Shown: positions 7,606 through 11,236 of the stretch, one piece after another | Layout of the letters: every line of letters begins with the position of its first letter | How positions within the stretch are numbered: the stretch's first letter is position 1 | Assembly: GCA_046758705.1 (NCBI GenBank) | Contig: JBHIAT010000126.1 | Span: 1 to 11,236 of the forward strand | Source of the DNA: Candidatus Bipolaricaulia bacterium | GTDB taxonomy: Bacteria; Bipolaricaulota; Bipolaricaulia; JBHIAT01 | Reading direction: 5' to 3' | Length of the DNA: 11,236 nucleotides | Program-made: the position numbers and the translations under genes | The notes under the pieces: generated by a model | Database searches by the model: none | Told to the model about the DNA's origin: nothing | What the model saw: only the letters and a program-made list of their open reading frames with translations

Positions 7606-7634
7606 ATTATAGGACGCACCATCAGCCCTTGCAA
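7606..7634 (-). promoter_or_regulatory. Sigma70 promoter TTGCAA-N17-TATAAT for the amidohydrolase
   Basis: -35 at 7634-7629 and -10 at 7611-7606; supports the start at 7568 rather than 7634. Confidence 0.75.
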
Positions 7635-7643
7635 GGAAATCCC

Positions 7644-7674
7644 TTGACCTTCCAGTTACTGGAAGGTGTATACT
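7644..7674 (+). promoter_or_regulatory. MerR-type promoter TTGACC-N19-TATACT with CueR-consensus operator ACCTTCC-N7-GGAAGGT
   Basis: -35 at 7644-7649, -10 at 7669-7674, 19-bp spacer; dyad ACCTTCCAGT-t-ACTGGAAGGT at 7647-7667. Confidence 0.93.
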
Positions 7675-7703
7675 TGACTTGAAAGCGCTAAAAGGAGGGA
7701 TCT

Positions 7704-7829
7704 GTGAGGGTGAAGCTACAAATTCTCGAATCACCGGGCTGCGCCAAGTGCGCGTCGGCGAAGCAGTCGGAGGTGAGAAAATGTCTCAAGCTTTGTACAT
7801 CGGCAAACTGGCAGAGCGGGTCGGTCTGA
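7704..7829 (+). pseudogene. Thioredoxin/glutaredoxin-like CxxC fragment (41-aa [44 protein letters not shown])
   Basis: Strong SD AAGGAGG before GTG 7704. A beta1-SPGCxxC-helix start typical of small thioredoxin-fold proteins breaks after about residue 21 at the merR RBS. Confidence 0.7.
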
Positions 7830-8224
7830 ATCCCAAGACGATCCGCTATTACGAGGAGATCGGGCTCCTTCCCGAGCCGGAGCGCACCAACTCAGGCTAC
7901 CGCGTGTACCGTTCTGAAGATGCCGAACGGCTGAAGTTCATCCGCAAGGCGAAGGCGCTCGGCCTGTCTCTGGATGAAGTTCGGGAGATCATCGAGATCC
8001 GTGAGCGTGGTCAACTTCCTTGTAGGCATGTGCGTCAGCTGTTGGCGCACAAGCTGAAGGAGCTGGAGGAGCACATCGACGAGCTGATCGCGTTCCGGGA
8101 CGATCTCCGAAGCTACGTGGCCGAGCTGGAGGAACGCGCCCAGGATCCGGACGAAGAGGCGATTTGCCCGCACATCGAGGGGTATTCGGGCGCGTTCACC
8201 GAGATCGGAGAGGTTCCCGAATGA
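7781..8224 (+). CDS. MerR-family heavy-metal-responsive transcriptional regulator (147 aa)
   Basis: SD GGAGGTG before ATG 7781; [52 protein letters not shown]; Cys81 and Cys129; the stop overlaps the ATPase start (ATGA). Confidence 0.95.
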   Translation: MSQALYIGKLAERVGLNPKTIRYYEEIGLLPEPERTNSGYRVYRSEDAERLKFIRKAKALGLSLDEVREIIEIRERGQLPCRHVRQLLAHKLKELEEHIDELIAFRDDLRSYVAELEERAQDPDEEAICPHIEGYSGAFTEIGEVPE

Positions 8225-10710
8225 GTGAGGTCCGCGAAAAACTTCAGGTCAAGATCGGCGGGATGTCGTGCAGCTTCTGCGTCCAATCGATCGAGAAGTC
8301 CCTGACCCGCATGGATGGTGTGGAACGGGCGTCGGTCAGCATCGCCCACGAAGAGGCGCTTGTGGGATACGATCCCGACCGGGTCACGGAAACCGAACTC
8401 AAGCAGACGCTCCGCGACCTCGGTTACACGATCCGCGATCCCGACAAGGTCAAGGCGTTCGAGGAGCAGCAGCAAGAGCTAAACACGGCCAGGCATCGCC
8501 TCCGGCTCGCCGGGATCTTCACGTTGCTGGCGCTGGGCTTCATGATCCTGATGTGGGTCCAGAAAGGGGTCTATATAGACGGCCACTTCACGGACACGAA
8601 CCGGCCGTGGATGGCGTTTGCCACGCTGGCTCTCGCCCTGGTCACGATGTTCGGCCCCGGGTGGACCATCAAGCGGAAGGCGTACCAGTCGGCCCGACGT
8701 GGCATTCTCAATCAGCACGTGCTGCTGGAGTTCGCCGCGTTCGCGGGCCTGTTCGGCGGTCTGTTGGGGCTTACCACGCTCTACAGTTCGGTGATGCGCG
8801 ACGGGTTGGGCGAGACGTTTCCCATCGTCCACTTCTTCGCCGTCTCTGTGTTCGTGACGGCCTATCACATTCTGTCCGAGTGGTCCAGCCTCCTGGTGCG
8901 GGCGCGGGCCGGCGAGAGCGTAAACAAGCTCATGGACCTCCAACCCGAGACGGCGCTGGTGATCCGAGAGGACGGGACCGAAGCGGAGGTGCCCGTCGCA
9001 GAGATCAAGGTCGGCGATCTCGTCCGCGTCAGACCCGGAACGGGGATTCCCGTCGACGGCGAGGTGATCGCGGGGGCTTCGACGGTGGACGAGAGCATCG
9101 TCACCGGCGAGCCCATGCCGGTCAAGAAGGCCGAAGGCACTGAGGTCGTGGGCGGCAGCATGAACCAGACGGGCGCGCTCAAGGTGCGCGTCACCCGCGT
9201 GGGAGACGAGGCGTTTCTCAACCAGGTCGCCCGCCACGTGACAGAGGCCCGGGCGATGAAGCCGGGGATCGTGCAGCTGGCGGACCTTGTGCTCAGCTAC
9301 TTCGTGCCCGGCGTGCTCGTGATCGCGGGAGCGGCGTTCCTGTTCTGGACGCTCGGTGCCTGGCTCATCTGGGGGGCGCCGCTGTGGGGACGGGCCGCGT
9401 TGGTGTTGGGCTATCCGTGCGCGTTGGGCATGGCCACGCCGCTCGCGCTGGTGCGAGGCGGCGGCATGGCGGCCGACCGCGGGATCCTGATGCGGGCCGG
9501 CGAGGCGTTCCAGATCTTCAAGGACGTCCAATACGTGGTGCTCGACAAGACGGGCACGATCACCATCGGAGAACCCGGCGTCGTCGAGGTCGTCCCGACT
9601 GAAGGCAGAGGCCGGGAGGACGTCCTCAGGTTGGCCGCTGGCGCCGAGACGGGCAGCGAGCACCCGTTGGCGCAGGCGATTCTGGAAGCGGCCGTGGCCG
9701 AAGAGATCGAGTGGGCCGAAGGTGAAGGTTTTCGGAGCCACAGCGGTCAAGGTGTGGAAGCCCACGTGGCCGACTCTGACGTTCGGGTTGGAAAACCGGG
9801 CTGGCTACGGGAGCGTGGCATCGAGCTCGCTCCGGTCAAAGAGAAGATCAAAGCACTCGAAGAGCAAGGCAACACCGTGGTCGCCGTGGCCACCGATGAC
9901 GAACTCGCGGGCCTCATCGCGATCGCCGATCGGCTCAAAGGGGACGCGGAAGAAGCGATCGCCCGCATGAAGAGGGCGGGGCTGGTGCCGATCATGCTCA
10001 CCGGGGACAACGCGCGCACCGCCCGCGCCGTGGCCACCCAGGTCGACATCGAAGAAGTCCTGGCCGAGGTGCTGCCCGATCAGAAGGCCGAGAAGATCCG
10101 GGAGCTCCAGGGCCGGGGCCACCGGGTGGCGATGGTCGGCGACGGGATCAACGACGCGCCGGCGCTGACCCAGGCCGACGTGGGGATCGCGATCGGCGCG
10201 GGCACGGACATCGCGATCGACTCCAGCGACGTGGTGCTCATCGGAGAGCGGCTGGGCGGCGTGGTGGACGCCTATTACATCGGCAGGAATTCTTACCAGA
10301 AGACCAAACAGAACCTAGCCGTCGCGTTCAGCTTCAACGGGGTTGGCGTGCCCGCGGCGACGACGGGCTGGGTCCACCCGATCTTTGCAATGATCGCGAT
10401 GGCCGCGAGCGTCACTGCGGTGCTCGCCAACAGTTTTGCAGGGCGATTGCTGACGGAGTCCGCATCGGTGGTGGAACGGGAGGAGCGACGTGTCCGGGAC
10501 GAACACGAGAGCGTAACGCTCCGTGTGCCGACGATGCACTGCGACGGATGCCTGGAGACCGTCATCGAGGCGGTGGCCCGGCTGGACGAGGTCGAATCGG
10601 TCGACGGTGACCTGGAGGAGAAGCTGATCACGGTGCGCTACCGGGACGATCGGGACGCACCGGCCAGGATCCGCCAGGCGGTCAAAGACGCCGGTTTCCC
10701 GGTGGGATGA
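8221..10710 (+). CDS. copA: Heavy-metal-translocating P1B-type ATPase, CopA-like (829 aa), with N- and C-terminal HMA domains
   Basis: GMSCSFC N-terminal domain; [19 protein letters not shown] (9544-9558); SEHP; TGDN; GDGIND; C-terminal TMHCDGC. The gene symbol is tentative because the membrane ligands are non-canonical. Confidence 0.93.
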   Translation: MSEVREKLQVKIGGMSCSFCVQSIEKSLTRMDGVERASVSIAHEEALVGYDPDRVTETELKQTLRDLGYTIRDPDKVKAFEEQQQELNTARHRLRLAGIFTLLALGFMILMWVQKGVYIDGHFTDTNRPWMAFATLALALVTMFGPGWTIKRKAYQSARRGILNQHVLLEFAAFAGLFGGLLGLTTLYSSVMRDGLGETFPIVHFFAVSVFVTAYHILSEWSSLLVRARAGESVNKLMDLQPETALVIREDGTEAEVPVAEIKVGDLVRVRPGTGIPVDGEVIAGASTVDESIVTGEPMPVKKAEGTEVVGGSMNQTGALKVRVTRVGDEAFLNQVARHVTEARAMKPGIVQLADLVLSYFVPGVLVIAGAAFLFWTLGAWLIWGAPLWGRAALVLGYPCALGMATPLALVRGGGMAADRGILMRAGEAFQIFKDVQYVVLDKTGTITIGEPGVVEVVPTEGRGREDVLRLAAGAETGSEHPLAQAILEAAVAEEIEWAEGEGFRSHSGQGVEAHVADSDVRVGKPGWLRERGIELAPVKEKIKALEEQGNTVVAVATDDELAGLIAIADRLKGDAEEAIARMKRAGLVPIMLTGDNARTARAVATQVDIEEVLAEVLPDQKAEKIRELQGRGHRVAMVGDGINDAPALTQADVGIAIGAGTDIAIDSSDVVLIGERLGGVVDAYYIGRNSYQKTKQNLAVAFSFNGVGVPAATTGWVHPIFAMIAMAASVTAVLANSFAGRLLTESASVVEREERRVRDEHESVTLRVPTMHCDGCLETVIEAVARLDEVESVDGDLEEKLITVRYRDDRDAPARIRQAVKDAGFPVG

Positions 10711-10742
10711 TCACCAAGCGAAAAAGAGCAGGAGGTGACACC

Positions 10743-10967
10743 ATGGCGATCGAGAACGTGGAGCTGGAAGTGACCGGGTCGAACACGATCCACTGCACAG
10801 GCTGTGAGAACCGGATTGAGACGGTGCTGGGCAGGCTGCCCGGTGTGATGGAGATCAAGGCCGATCATAAGACCCAGAAAGTTCAGATCACCTTGGCTCA
10901 GAGCCGGACCTCGCTGGACGAAATTCGGGAGAAGATGGAGTTCATGGGATACGAGATCGCGTCGTAG
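10743..10967 (+). CDS. copZ: CopZ-like heavy-metal-associated (HMA) chaperone (74 aa)
   Basis: SD AGGAGGTG before ATG 10743; TIHCTGCENRIETVLGRLPGV...MGY ferredoxin-like HMA pattern. Confidence 0.9.
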   Translation: MAIENVELEVTGSNTIHCTGCENRIETVLGRLPGVMEIKADHKTQKVQITLAQSRTSLDEIREKMEFMGYEIAS

Positions 10968-11009
10968 CCTTTAAATCGGATGCACCCGATGTAGGTGAGT
11001 GAGAATCAC

Positions 11010-11236
11010 CTAAGATTTTCTCAGAACCAATGATAGGGCGTCTTTCAAACTCTTCAGTGCCTGAGTATCTCCTTTGGAGACACATTCATTGACGCAAGTC
11101 TCCATATGGCCTTCCAGCAGCTTGATGTTGACTTGGTTGAGGGCCGAGCGGATCGCGGCCAGTTGAATCAGGATGTCTTCACAGGGCTTGTGCGCTTCCA
11201 ACATGCTCTTGACGCCCCGGACGTGGCCCTCGATCC
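11010..11236 (-). CDS. csoR: CsoR/RcnR-family metal-sensing repressor, 5' end outside the window
   Basis: Frame extends to the edge: (R)IEGHVRGVKSMLEAHKPCEDILIQLAAIRSAL...LLEGHMETCV, with the Cys-His-Cys Cu(I)-type fingerprint. Confidence 0.9.
   Translation of the reverse strand, partial: IEGHVRGVKSMLEAHKPCEDILIQLAAIRSALNQVNIKLLEGHMETCVNECVSKGDTQALKSLKDALSLVLRKS

Noticed and set aside
7679-7780. N-terminal extension of MerR given by the ORF track
   Set aside because: Begins at about the predicted TSS with no SD; ATG 7781 has GGAGGTG and the HTH starts right after it
8164-8220. ATPase start at 8164
   Set aside because: Lies inside merR; ATG 8221 has an SD-like GGAGAGG and an ATGA coupling overlap
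8268-9765. Long alternative-frame ORFs (8268-9143 +, 8479-9765 -) and similar ORFs over the regulator, IS and amidohydrolase
   Set aside because: Shadow ORFs expected from high-GC codon bias; Arg/Pro/Gly-rich with no motifs
10975-11012. Short hairpins between copZ and csoR as terminators
   Set aside because: Stems are only 5-7 bp and lack convincing U-tracts
1-11236. CRISPR arrays, tRNA/rRNA genes, DGR template/variable repeats
   Set aside because: No regularly spaced repeats, cloverleaf motifs, reverse transcriptase or long adenine-mismatched repeat pairs were seen by eye

Overview
Bacterial accessory region showing signs of decay. From left to right it holds: (1) a 5'-truncated SARP/BTAD-STAND ATPase-TPR regulator with a C-terminal lectin-like beta-sandwich; (2) an unannotated 45-aa membrane microprotein on the - strand; (3) a ~1.36-kb IS4-family element with 17-bp imperfect terminal inverted repeats, a frameshifted transposase, no target duplication and a possible RNA switch over its RBS; (4) a broken membrane-protein gene; (5) a secreted protein whose mature chain would start with His, behind its own promoter and a 13-bp palindrome; (6) an internally deleted amidohydrolase lipoprotein; (7) a heavy-metal (copper-type) operon with a CueR-consensus promoter, a CxxC thioredoxin remnant, a MerR-family regulator, a P1B-ATPase carrying non-canonical YPC/FN/MxxSV membrane motifs and a CopZ-like chaperone; and (8) a convergent csoR cut by the window edge. 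The best novelty candidates are the His1 secreted protein and the non-canonical metal efflux/sensing module. All family calls come from motif recognition by eye; no searches were run.
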